Source of the DNA: Gammaproteobacteria bacterium
GTDB lineage: Bacteria > Pseudomonadota > Gammaproteobacteria > Steroidobacterales > GCA-2729495
Reading direction: 5' to 3'
Assembly: GCA_049290495.1 (NCBI GenBank)
Contig: JBATNV010000318.1
Span: 4,709 to 68,708, forward strand
Length of the DNA: 64,000 nt
Shown: positions 8,128 through 16,513 of the stretch, piece by piece
Numbering within the stretch: position 1 is the stretch's first letter
Layout: the number at the start of each line of letters is the position of its first letter
Program-made: the position numbers and the translations under genes
The notes under the pieces: generated by a model
What the model saw: the letters and a program-made list of their open reading frames with translations, nothing else
Database searches by the model: none
What the model was told of the DNA's origin: nothing

Positions 8128-8640
8128 TCAGCTTCCCTTTGACGCCGCAGCGCCCAGCAGCGGCGCATCGCCAATCGAAATATCCGGAAACAGCTCTGCC
8201 CGTACCAGCTGTCGGCCCTCACCCACCTCGTAGAAGCGCAGCACGTCCATCACCTGCACCAGCGTGTCGTAAGGCACATCCGGCTCCAGCAGGACCGTCA
8301 CGTTCGACATGTCCGGATAGTTCGACTTCACGCGCTGCAGGTAGGTGGCCAGTCCGTCGAGATCATAGTTCCCCTCCGTACGCGGCAGACGAGTCAGCAG
8401 ACCCTGGCTGCGTTCGCCCACCTCCAGGCCGTCTGCACGCACCGTCACCTCAAGCTGAAAAACCGGCTCCTCGACCGCAGCAGAAGACGCTGCGGGCAGG
8501 TCCAGCTCGATGATGGCCAACCGCGAGAACACCGCCGTGATGAGCAGGAACGGCACCAGCACCACCATCAGGTTCATGAAGGCGGTGATATCCATCTCTG
8601 GCGTTTCGGCCTGCCGTCGCTTTCGCCTGTTACTGCGCAT
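8128..8640 (-). CDS. exbD: biopolymer transport protein ExbD/TolR family
   Basis: 170 aa; ..EMDITAFMNLMVVLVPFLLI.. Confidence 0.9.
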   Translation of the reverse strand: MRSNRRKRRQAETPEMDITAFMNLMVVLVPFLLITAVFSRLAIIELDLPAASSAAVEEPVFQLEVTVRADGLEVGERSQGLLTRLPRTEGNYDLDGLATYLQRVKSNYPDMSNVTVLLEPDVPYDTLVQVMDVLRFYEVGEGRQLVRAELFPDISIGDAPLLGAAASKGS

Positions 8641-8659
8641 GGTGAATCCTCAGTGGTGC

Positions 8660-9310
8660 TCAGGCGGCCGTCTGCTGACGTCGGCGTTCATCGACTGCGT
8701 TGAGAAACTTCACCGAGACCATTTCCAGGCTGTCGATGATCCGCGTGGTCTTGCTCTGCAGGACGGTATGCACGAAGAGCAGCGGAATGGCGACGATCAG
8801 ACCGAAGGCCGTGGTGTTCATCGCCACCGAGATGCTGGCAGAGAGCAGATCGGCTTTCTCGGCCGGATTTGCATTGGCAACAGCGGTAAAGGCCTGGATC
8901 AGCCCGATGATCGTGCCGAGCAGACCGAGCAGCGTGGCGATATTGGCAAAGGTTGCCAGGTAGTGCGTGCGGCTTTCCAGACGCGGCATCACCTCCATCA
9001 GGCTTTCTTCCATCGCCTTCTCGATGTCATCGCGCCGCGTGGTGGTGCGGCTGCGATCCAGGCCGTAGGTGAGGATCGAACCGATCGCGGCATTCGACTT
9101 CGAGGTCAGGCTGGCAGCCTCAGAAAATTTTCCCGCCTGGATGAACGGCGTGATCTTCTTCCACAGCGCCTGATTGCTCACCGACGTCTTTGACAGATAC
9201 ACATAGCGCTCGATCGCTACGGCCAGACCCACCGCGAACACCAGTGCAATCGGGTACATAAAGAACCCGCCGCTCTGCATAAAGTGGACTATCGATGTAT
9301 ACGTTTCCAT
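8660..9310 (-). CDS. exbB: MotA/TolQ/ExbB proton-channel protein
   Basis: 216 aa, three TM segments; ..LATFANIATLLGLLGTIIGLI.. and ..AMNTTAFGLIVAIPLL.. are typical ExbB/TolQ. Confidence 0.92.
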   Translation of the reverse strand: METYTSIVHFMQSGGFFMYPIALVFAVGLAVAIERYVYLSKTSVSNQALWKKITPFIQAGKFSEAASLTSKSNAAIGSILTYGLDRSRTTTRRDDIEKAMEESLMEVMPRLESRTHYLATFANIATLLGLLGTIIGLIQAFTAVANANPAEKADLLSASISVAMNTTAFGLIVAIPLLFVHTVLQSKTTRIIDSLEMVSVKFLNAVDERRRQQTAA

Positions 9311-9373
9311 GGTCTCCGGATCTCCCTGTTAATTCAGTTCGCCAGGCTCACTGCCTGCAGTCATTTACCCGAC

Positions 9374-9709
9374 TCATCTGGCCGGGGGCGGCTCCGCGTC
9401 ATACAGTTGATGGAAATAGCGCGTCTGTCGTCGAAACACTTCACGGTCTACGGGGGCGAGGATTTCCTCGACCAGGCTGTTGACCGGCCGGCCGGCAAGC
9501 TCGGCCATGGCCGCGTCCTTCCAGGGCACGATGTACATGACCTTCGGCAGTTCCTGGTTGCCACGAATGGCCGTGGCGTCGAGGTTTAGCGCCGTAGCGG
9601 CTGGCGAAGCGACAGCAGCCGGTGCGGCTGAATCTTCGGCGCGGGCCATACCGCCGGTCAGCAGCGCACACAGCAGCAAGGCAGTTCTGCCTGGCGGTAT
9701 CGGCTTCAC
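9374..9709 (-). CDS. secreted protein, hypothetical
   Basis: 111 aa with signal peptide (..LLLCALLTGGMARA). ATGA overlap with the upstream TPR gene. Confidence 0.7.
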   Translation of the reverse strand: MKPIPPGRTALLLCALLTGGMARAEDSAAPAAVASPAATALNLDATAIRGNQELPKVMYIVPWKDAAMAELAGRPVNSLVEEILAPVDREVFRRQTRYFHQLYDAEPPPAR

Positions 9710-10338
9710 GTCGCGCCCTCTGCTCTTGCAGTGGTCGGCATCGCCGAGACGCGGCGCCGCAGGTCGGCGATCCAGCGCTCGACATCGGCATTGCTGTCGT
9801 CTGCCGCGAGGCTGAGGTATTGCTGATAGTTGACCAGCGCAAGCTCAGGTCGCTGGATGTAGAGGTCATAAAGGACGGCAAGGTTGTAGTAAGCGAGCGC
9901 ATAACCCGCATCGAGCTCGACGGCCTTCAGATAGGCCCGCTCGGATTCACTGAACTGCCCCTGCTGCCGGTACAGCACACCGAGACCGTTCCACACCGGC
10001 GCACAGCTAGTGCACACCGCGGAGGCCTTTTCGAAATAGTCGCGCGCCGCGGCCTCGTCGCCCTGCCGCATGCGCAGCAGCGCAAGGTTCAACAGCGGAC
10101 CGGCCAGCTCCGGATGCGCAACACTGAGAGCCTGCAGCGCACGCTCTGCAGCAGCGTCATCGCCGGCTTGTACGGCGGACAGCGCTGCCGAGTAGTCCGC
10201 CATCACCGCTGGCGACGGGCCTGTGTCTGCAACAGTCGGTGCGTTTTTCGCCGCACGCTCGCCGCCCGCCAGACTGCAGCTCACGCAGAACAGGGCGGCG
10301 AGAACTGCAGCAGCTCTAGTCAATCGTTGTAATGACAT
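9706..10338 (-). CDS. TPR-repeat lipoprotein
   Basis: Lipobox ..LFCVSC; TPR-like repeats (..AYLKAVELDAGYALAYYNLAVLY..). Confidence 0.8.
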   Translation of the reverse strand: MSLQRLTRAAAVLAALFCVSCSLAGGERAAKNAPTVADTGPSPAVMADYSAALSAVQAGDDAAAERALQALSVAHPELAGPLLNLALLRMRQGDEAAARDYFEKASAVCTSCAPVWNGLGVLYRQQGQFSESERAYLKAVELDAGYALAYYNLAVLYDLYIQRPELALVNYQQYLSLAADDSNADVERWIADLRRRVSAMPTTARAEGAT

Positions 10339-13141
10339 CTTCGCTCCTTTCAGTGCGCGACCAGCGCGCCGGAACCATCACGGCCAGACGCGCGTAGCTC
10401 GCGCGTACCCACTCGTCATAGACGCCATCGCCGGCGCGTTCAGCATTCACGCGATAGAGATCGATGGCCTTTTCTTCGAAGGGAAACGCCTGCTCTTCAA
10501 GCAGCACGTCGTATTGCTCGGACTCATCCGCATCCAGGTCCTTTGGCCGCTCCGAGGCGAGCAGGTCGCGACTCAGCTGGTAGTAGAGATCCGCTGTTTC
10601 AAAGGTTGCCGCGGTGGTGACCTGCGCGACGCCATAGTCAGCCGCCTGCCCATAGGCCTGCAGCGCCTGCTCCATGCGGGTTTTTTTCAGCTTGAGGCTC
10701 TTGTCCAGTGGCGCGGTGAGCACCACGGCGTTGAAGGCATCGCGCATGGGCCTGGCGAGTTCGATAGCGCTGCTGGCGGCCAGGAAGCGGCTGCGGTCGC
10801 TGCGCTCTGCCCCCATGTCACGATCCGTTTTCACGATGGCTTCAAGCCAGCCCTTGCGGGTTTGCCAGTCGTTGTCTGCACCGGCGAGATCAGCCAGCTT
10901 GAGTCGTGCCTCCAGCGCTTCGCTGGCCGGTACCGGAAAGCGCGTGACGAGCGCGGTGTAGACCCGCACCTCTCCATCGTGCTGGTCTGCAGCCACGTAC
11001 AACTCTGCGGCCTGCCACAGCGCCGAGCGCTGCACGTCCGCCGCTGCGTCAGCGCTGCCGGCAATGCGCTCGTACTCGGCCGCCGCCTCTGCGCCGCGTC
11101 CGCCTTCGCGCAGCGCCACAGCCAGCTTGGCCGTGACATCGCTATTGAACTGATGCTCGGGAAATTCGCGCCGGAAGCGCTGCAGGAGATCCACCGACTC
11201 GTTCCAGCGCTGGCTGGTCAGGAGCAGCGTAGCGGCATCGAAGAGCGCACTCGGCCGGATGTCAGCATCCGGGGCCGCCGCATCGATGCGCAGGAAATCA
11301 GCCACCGCCGCATCCACATCACCACCCGCCTGGGCGAGCTCCGCCTGTCTATAGATCGAGGCAGCGATGCGACCTTCCACTTCGCGTCCGGCGGCCGGAT
11401 CTGCTTCGAGGCCACGCAGACGGACATAGGCCGACTCTGCCTCGGCATAGTGCGCGAGATCAAACTGGGCGTGTCCCATGACAGTCCAGGCGACACGCTC
11501 GAGCTCTGGCGTCACTGGCGGCTGCATCGTGACAACGAGTCCGGCGACCTCAGCCGCCCGCTCAGGCTGCTGACTGGCGTAGAGCTGTTCGGCAACGTTG
11601 GTCAGTACCGCACCCGCCTGCGGGTGGGCGGGAAAATCCGCCGCAAAGCGCAGCGCCTGTTCGATGTGTCCGGTATGCCAGGCGAGTTGCGCTTCACCGG
11701 CAAGCCGCTTTTCGTGCTCGCCCGAAGCCAGCAGCGCGGCATAGCCGGCCTCGGCCGACTTTTCCTGCCGTCCATAGTTATAGGCGGCATTCAGATAGGC
11801 ATCGCGTGCCGTATCGAAATGCTGTGCCTCGAAGAGCAGATCGCCGAGCAGAAAGCTGCGCTCCGCCGATTGCGGATCATCGGGGAAGTACGCGAGCGAC
11901 AGCCGGTACCAGCCGGCAGCCCGTTCGTAGTCGGCCGGCAGCTTGCTGCGCTGGGCCAGCGCGTGGTCGTACTGCGCCAGATCGCCCAGATGCAATTTCA
12001 GCTGCGCGACAAGCTGCGGATAGTCATCGACGCTACGGTCTTGCCAGAACGGTGCATCGAGACCGTAGGTCGCAACGTATTTCTGCTTGGCCTCAAGCAC
12101 GAGGTCCGGGAACTTGCCTCGCGTATAGGCATCGATCGCAGCCTGCAACAGATTGGGGGCCTGCGCATTGACCGGATCCCGCGCCACGAATGCCGCATAA
12201 CTTTCAGCGGCGTCCTGAAAGCGCTCCTTGTCCAGATAGAGGTCACCGAGCGCCGTGTACACCAGATAGGTCCAGGCGGGATCACCATACGGCACCAGCG
12301 CAGGTGGAATGGAATCGGCACCATCAAGGTAGGAAAGACTGATGCTGACCACGCGCAGTGTGTCATCAAGCAATTCACGCTCGGGCCGGCTCATGGCCTG
12401 TATCTGCTGATCCGGCGCGCTGGCATCGCTGCTCAGGCGACGATCGATCAGACTGAGGAAGGCGCTAAGGCCCTCTTCGTAGCGGCTCTGCTTGAACAGC
12501 GCCCAGCCGTACTTGTAGAGCGACTGCTCGTAATAGGGCGAAGCGGGCCCGCTGGCGAGGACCGCTGCATAAGCTTGCTCGGCCCCGGCATAGTTCTGCC
12601 GTATCGACCAGGTTTCACCGCGACGGAACTGGGCTTCGTCGCCATGCACTGCAGAGGGCGATTCCGCAACCAGACGATCCAGCGTGGCCAGCGATTCATC
12701 GCCGCGACCAGCGCCTTCCAGCGCCCTGGCCAGCTGATAGATGACTTCACTTCGCGCTTCGCCCGTCAGCGCCGTGTCCGTATCAACCGATTCGAGAAGC
12801 TGGCCATACAGGCCGATGGCTTCCGCGTAATGACTGGCGCCGGCACCGGCTTGCTCCGCAGAGCTCTCAAGTTCAGTTGCCGCATCCAGGTTCAGGTCGG
12901 CAAGACGACGCATGGCCTCGGCACGCATGCTGGCCGGCCCGGTATCCAGCGCCAGAAAACGGCGGTACTCCTGCATGGCTTGCGCGCTGCTGTCGACAGA
13001 CGGCAGGCCGGTGTGAATTTCCAGCGGCTTCGCCTTCAGGCTGCCGATGGTCTGACGGTCCGCCTCCGGTGTTCTGGACGCAAACGGCCACAGGCCGCCC
13101 GCCAGCGTGACCCCGAGCATCAGTGCCGCGGTGGCGCTCAT
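10316..13141 (-). CDS. large periplasmic TPR-repeat protein (941 aa)
   Basis: Signal peptide followed by many TPR-like A/L/Y-rich repeats. Overlaps both neighbours, so it is operonic. Confidence 0.85.
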   Translation of the reverse strand: MSATAALMLGVTLAGGLWPFASRTPEADRQTIGSLKAKPLEIHTGLPSVDSSAQAMQEYRRFLALDTGPASMRAEAMRRLADLNLDAATELESSAEQAGAGASHYAEAIGLYGQLLESVDTDTALTGEARSEVIYQLARALEGAGRGDESLATLDRLVAESPSAVHGDEAQFRRGETWSIRQNYAGAEQAYAAVLASGPASPYYEQSLYKYGWALFKQSRYEEGLSAFLSLIDRRLSSDASAPDQQIQAMSRPERELLDDTLRVVSISLSYLDGADSIPPALVPYGDPAWTYLVYTALGDLYLDKERFQDAAESYAAFVARDPVNAQAPNLLQAAIDAYTRGKFPDLVLEAKQKYVATYGLDAPFWQDRSVDDYPQLVAQLKLHLGDLAQYDHALAQRSKLPADYERAAGWYRLSLAYFPDDPQSAERSFLLGDLLFEAQHFDTARDAYLNAAYNYGRQEKSAEAGYAALLASGEHEKRLAGEAQLAWHTGHIEQALRFAADFPAHPQAGAVLTNVAEQLYASQQPERAAEVAGLVVTMQPPVTPELERVAWTVMGHAQFDLAHYAEAESAYVRLRGLEADPAAGREVEGRIAASIYRQAELAQAGGDVDAAVADFLRIDAAAPDADIRPSALFDAATLLLTSQRWNESVDLLQRFRREFPEHQFNSDVTAKLAVALREGGRGAEAAAEYERIAGSADAAADVQRSALWQAAELYVAADQHDGEVRVYTALVTRFPVPASEALEARLKLADLAGADNDWQTRKGWLEAIVKTDRDMGAERSDRSRFLAASSAIELARPMRDAFNAVVLTAPLDKSLKLKKTRMEQALQAYGQAADYGVAQVTTAATFETADLYYQLSRDLLASERPKDLDADESEQYDVLLEEQAFPFEEKAIDLYRVNAERAGDGVYDEWVRASYARLAVMVPARWSRTERSEDVITTID

Positions 13142-15048
13142 GGTGCACTGCCTTTAGGCGCCACGGCGCGCACGGACGAGGCCGCACGGTCGTAAATCGT
13201 GGCCAGCGCAAAGCGGGCCTGCACGCGATAACTCAGCAGGCGATCGCGCTGCTCGCTGAGCGCATCGATGGCCATCGCCTGCAGGCGCTGCTCTTCAGTG
13301 CCGCGGTCACGCGCCAGGGCCGCCTGCATGTTATGGATGCGTGGCGTGAGTGCCGCGATATGTGCGGAGAATCGATCCAGCTCTGCTGGCGTATCGTGCC
13401 AGGCGGCCAGACCCGATGCATGCGCGGCCTGCGCCTTCATCAGCGCGGCATCGATCCGGGCGAGCTCACGCTGCTGCTGCCACAACCGGTATTGATAGTC
13501 GCGATCGAGATCCCAGCTCAGCACGCCCTTCAACAGGCGATAGCGCTCGCGGACATCGCTGGCCGCTGCGTCCGCCAACTGCGGACTGGCACCCAGTGCT
13601 TCGAGACGCTGCCAGCGATCGAGCTCTTCAGTAGTCGCAAGCCCGGCAATATCGCGTGACTCCGCAACCTGCTCCAGATGCGCCGCCAGCGCATCACGCC
13701 GCGCCTGCAGCGACTCGAGACTGGCCTCATCGAGACCGGCAGCAACGCGCTGCTCACGTTGCGCATAAGCCGTGCGACGCGTCTCCACCATCTGCTCAAA
13801 GGCGGAGAGCTTTGCCTGCCACTCATCGAGATTGACTGACAGCGCGGCAAGGTCACGCACATTGCGCAGGCCTTCCTGAAAGCCGTGCCGCGCAACCAGG
13901 TCGTACAGGTAACGCGTTTCAATGCTGTCAGGCACAGTATCGAGCTGCCAGTACCAGCGCCCGATCCGCGCATCATCGGCACTGAGCATCGCGGGGATCA
14001 ACTGGCCGGCGCGACTGCCGTCAATCGCAGCATCGAGTTTGCCGATCTCGGTATCGTAAGCATCCAGCGCAGCCTGGTAGCCGGCCGCCGCCTCGCTGTG
14101 TGCGTCGAGCCTGGCCCAGGCATAGGGAATCGCGAGCAGCGACTCCTGTACCGCACTGTCGAGCAGATCGCGGTCACGCAACTCCAGCCAGGGTGTCAGG
14201 GCAGCGCGGTAGTCCTGCGTCGCTGCATCCGCCCACCCGGCACCGAGCAGCGCCTTTGCGGAGAAGGGTCCGTTCAATCGCACCCGCGCAAGTACCGGAC
14301 GCGCTTCACCATCGCGGCCCTGCTGCAGATAGAGATAGCCGAGCGCGAGATTGGCCTTGTCACGCAGGTCGCGCAGTTCAGGCGTATCAGCCGTGCTTCG
14401 GCCCAGTTGATCGAGCTGGCGGATCGCATCCTCTGGCCGGTTGAGCCGCACCAGGGCAACGCCCAGGTTGTAGCGCGCGTAGGCCACCCAGCTTTCCGGG
14501 CCCTGCCAGCCATCGAGTACGGCAACCGCAGCGTCGAAACGACCGAGCGCGAGGTAAGCCTGTGCCTTGAGCATCGGCAGTTCAGCATCCAGGCTCTCGG
14601 GCAGCTTGCCGGAGACGCGGTCGAAGGCCTCCAGCGCCTCCGCATACAGGCTGCGCTGGTAGCGCACCTTGCCCAGGTAGAACCAGGCGCGGTTGCGCAC
14701 TTCAGGTTCAGATGAATCCTGCAACAGACGGCTGAAAATCTGCTCAGCGCGAATGTGCTGGCCATAATGCAGATACAGGCCACCGAGCAGCAGCTCGGAT
14801 TCAGCCTCGTGATTGGCGACACGACCCGCATCACGGTCAACCAGCAGATGTGTCAACGCATCAAAATGCTCGTCCTGGTAAAACTGGAACAGGACTTCGC
14901 CATAGTAAAGATCACGCACCACCGCGCCGCTCACCGGTTCAGCGGCAGCTGCTGAAGCGCTGCCAGCGAGGAACAGCAAGGCGATCAGGCCCCGCAGGCT
15001 GAATCGCCTGTGGCCTGGTGCCGGGATACTGTTGCGAGTCAGGAACAC
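13138..15048 (-). CDS. TPR plus coiled-coil protein (636 aa)
   Basis: Signal peptide (..LFLAGSASAAAA). N-terminal TPR half, C-terminal long Ala/Arg/Gln-rich helical half. Confidence 0.85.
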   Translation of the reverse strand: MFLTRNSIPAPGHRRFSLRGLIALLFLAGSASAAAAEPVSGAVVRDLYYGEVLFQFYQDEHFDALTHLLVDRDAGRVANHEAESELLLGGLYLHYGQHIRAEQIFSRLLQDSSEPEVRNRAWFYLGKVRYQRSLYAEALEAFDRVSGKLPESLDAELPMLKAQAYLALGRFDAAVAVLDGWQGPESWVAYARYNLGVALVRLNRPEDAIRQLDQLGRSTADTPELRDLRDKANLALGYLYLQQGRDGEARPVLARVRLNGPFSAKALLGAGWADAATQDYRAALTPWLELRDRDLLDSAVQESLLAIPYAWARLDAHSEAAAGYQAALDAYDTEIGKLDAAIDGSRAGQLIPAMLSADDARIGRWYWQLDTVPDSIETRYLYDLVARHGFQEGLRNVRDLAALSVNLDEWQAKLSAFEQMVETRRTAYAQREQRVAAGLDEASLESLQARRDALAAHLEQVAESRDIAGLATTEELDRWQRLEALGASPQLADAAASDVRERYRLLKGVLSWDLDRDYQYRLWQQQRELARIDAALMKAQAAHASGLAAWHDTPAELDRFSAHIAALTPRIHNMQAALARDRGTEEQRLQAMAIDALSEQRDRLLSYRVQARFALATIYDRAASSVRAVAPKGSAP

Positions 15049-15057
15049 AGCAGCTCC

Positions 15058-15621
15058 CTACTCCCACTCGCGCACAACGAACTCGGGTTGCTGGGCACTC
15101 TGCCGGTCGGAAATTCGCAACTCGACAAACTTGGCACCCACGCCCTTCTCGACTTTCAGCGTCGCGCCGCGCCGGTAGTCGCGCTCATGCGGCCCCTGAC
15201 CGGTAAACACTGCGGTCAGTTCATGCTCGCCCGTCTTGAGGTTACCGAGATACAGGCGATGGACACCACCGCGCAGCAGGGCCTTTAACTCACGCTCGGT
15301 ATACAGGTAGTTGCTGATCGGCTTGTCATCGATCTTCAGCTGCACGGAATCCAGTGCAAAAAATTCGCCGACATCCATCGACACAAAAACGGCGACCTGC
15401 GTGTTGGCAGGGAACAGCAGTTCCTCTTCCAGCATGAACAGCTCGCGATTGAGATCCAGCACATCGTCCTTCAGCGTCTGCATCTGCGTATCAACGCCGG
15501 AAGCGGCAACGACCGGCACAGCGACGGGCGCCACGGTCTCACTGCTGCTGGCCGCTCGGGTAGCCAGCGCGCCACCCAGCAGCAGTGCAGTCAGGCAGAT
15601 GTTCATGGTTAAACGGTTCAT
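15058..15621 (-). CDS. secreted protein, hypothetical
   Basis: ATG at 15621 preferred (GGAG 7 nt upstream). Signal peptide MNRLTMNICLTALLLGGALATRA. Confidence 0.75.
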   Translation of the reverse strand: MNRLTMNICLTALLLGGALATRAASSSETVAPVAVPVVAASGVDTQMQTLKDDVLDLNRELFMLEEELLFPANTQVAVFVSMDVGEFFALDSVQLKIDDKPISNYLYTERELKALLRGGVHRLYLGNLKTGEHELTAVFTGQGPHERDYRRGATLKVEKGVGAKFVELRISDRQSAQQPEFVVREWE

Positions 15622-15649
15622 CGCATTACTCCGCATCAGTCAGCAACGT

Positions 15650-16141
15650 TCATTCCGAAATCAGGGCAGACAGTTCATCGGTATAGGTCGTGGCGTCTTC
15701 AGCGCGGTATCCGGCATACACCTGGCGGACAGTGCCGTGCGGGTCGACGAGTACGGCAAAAGGAAGAACAGAAGGGTCGTACTCACGGACCACCGACTGA
15801 TCGGCGTCGTGCAGGATGGTGATACCCAGACGTTTTGCAGCATCCCGGGCAGGTTGATCATCTGTATCGATGTTCACGGCAAGGATGCGCAGATTCGCAT
15901 CGCCAAAACGGTGCTGCAGATCGCGGAGCATGGCCAACTGCTCACTGCAGCGGTTGCACCACTGCGCCCAGAAGCTGACAAGTACAACCTGGCCGCGATA
16001 CTCCGACAAACGCAAATTGGTGCCTGCGCTGCTCTTGAGTGCGAAATCGGGCGCCGGCTGACCGGCAAGCCCGGAGCTGGCCGGAACGGCGACGGGTAGG
16101 AGCAGCACAGCGAGTGCCAGGGAAATGCCACTCCGGCGCAT
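15650..16141 (-). CDS. TlpA/redoxin-family thiol:disulfide oxidoreductase
   Basis: ..VVLVSFWAQWCNRCSEQL.. thioredoxin motif after a signal/anchor (MRRSGISLALAVLLLPV). ORF-track start 16300 rejected because it lies inside the leader hairpin. Confidence 0.85.
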   Translation of the reverse strand: MRRSGISLALAVLLLPVAVPASSGLAGQPAPDFALKSSAGTNLRLSEYRGQVVLVSFWAQWCNRCSEQLAMLRDLQHRFGDANLRILAVNIDTDDQPARDAAKRLGITILHDADQSVVREYDPSVLPFAVLVDPHGTVRQVYAGYRAEDATTYTDELSALISE

Positions 16142-16287
16142 GAACGCGCGAAGCAGCACAGCGCCTGTACTGCGCCTCTGTCCGTGCTGCTGACCGATGA
16201 TCTTCAAAGCCTGTCTCCGCGGAACCAGCACAGCGCTGGTGCTCACACACAGACAAGGAAAACAGCTAGAAGATAGAGGGGACGCAT

Positions 16288-16311
16288 GACGCAGGCCCAC
16301 AGGCCTGCGTC
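16288..16311 (-). terminator. GC-rich hairpin directly after the riboswitch aptamer (possible expression platform)
   Basis: Perfect 10-bp stem GACGCAGGCC/GGCCTGCGTC with a 4-nt loop. Its 5' arm abuts the AAUCCUG segment that can pair back into the aptamer. The downstream tract is pyrimidine-rich but not a clean U-run. Confidence 0.4.
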
Positions 16312-16452
16312 AGGATTCGGCAGCTCCGCTGTCCTGGGTGCAGCTCGCAGCAAGCGAGGCGCCGTTAGACCGGTGGCTTTGCGTCCCCGCCTTTCAGCGG
16401 GTTTGCCTTTGTCGCCCGGAATGGTGACGATTTGACGGCAGGAATCCTGCGA
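16312..16452 (-). ncRNA. c-di-GMP-I (GEMM-I) riboswitch, candidate; boundaries approximate
   Basis: Reverse complement of 16362-16416 is GGCGACAAAGGCAAACCCGCUGAAAGGCGGGGACGCAAAGCCACCGGUCUAACGG. It matches the remembered GEMM-I core (GGCAAACC, GAAA-capped hairpin, GGGACGCAAAGCC, CCGGnCUAA) almost position for position. CAGGAUU (16443-16449) and AAUCCUG (16311-16317) can close the element. Confidence 0.7.
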
Positions 16453-16513
16453 CTTCGCTCACGTTAGACAGATTGCCGGTTAAAACCCGCGTGCTTATGT
16501 CAAAGCCGCGGTG

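Noticed and set aside
10223-13195. 990-aa plus-strand ORF, the longest in the track after the real genes
   Set aside because: It is exactly antisense to the 941-aa TPR gene. The translation is Arg/Gly/Ala/Leu-rich low complexity with no motif, signal or RBS. The minus-strand frame has a signal peptide, TPR periodicity and operon-style overlaps. This is a typical GC-rich shadow ORF.
16142-16300. N-terminal extension of the redoxin ORF to the GTG at 16300
   Set aside because: The extension (..SSSCFPCLCVSTSAVLVPRRQ..) precedes a perfectly good signal peptide at the ATG at 16141. Its start codon lies inside the 10-bp leader hairpin.
16358-16450. Plus-strand reading of the leader (..CCCGGAATGGTGACGATTTGACGGCAGGAATCC..) briefly looked like a cobalamin riboswitch core (GGGAA..GGTG..AATCC)
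   Set aside because: The order and spacing of the conserved blocks do not fit, there is no B12 box, and no plus-strand gene lies downstream. The minus-strand reading gives a much better GEMM-I match with a downstream operon.
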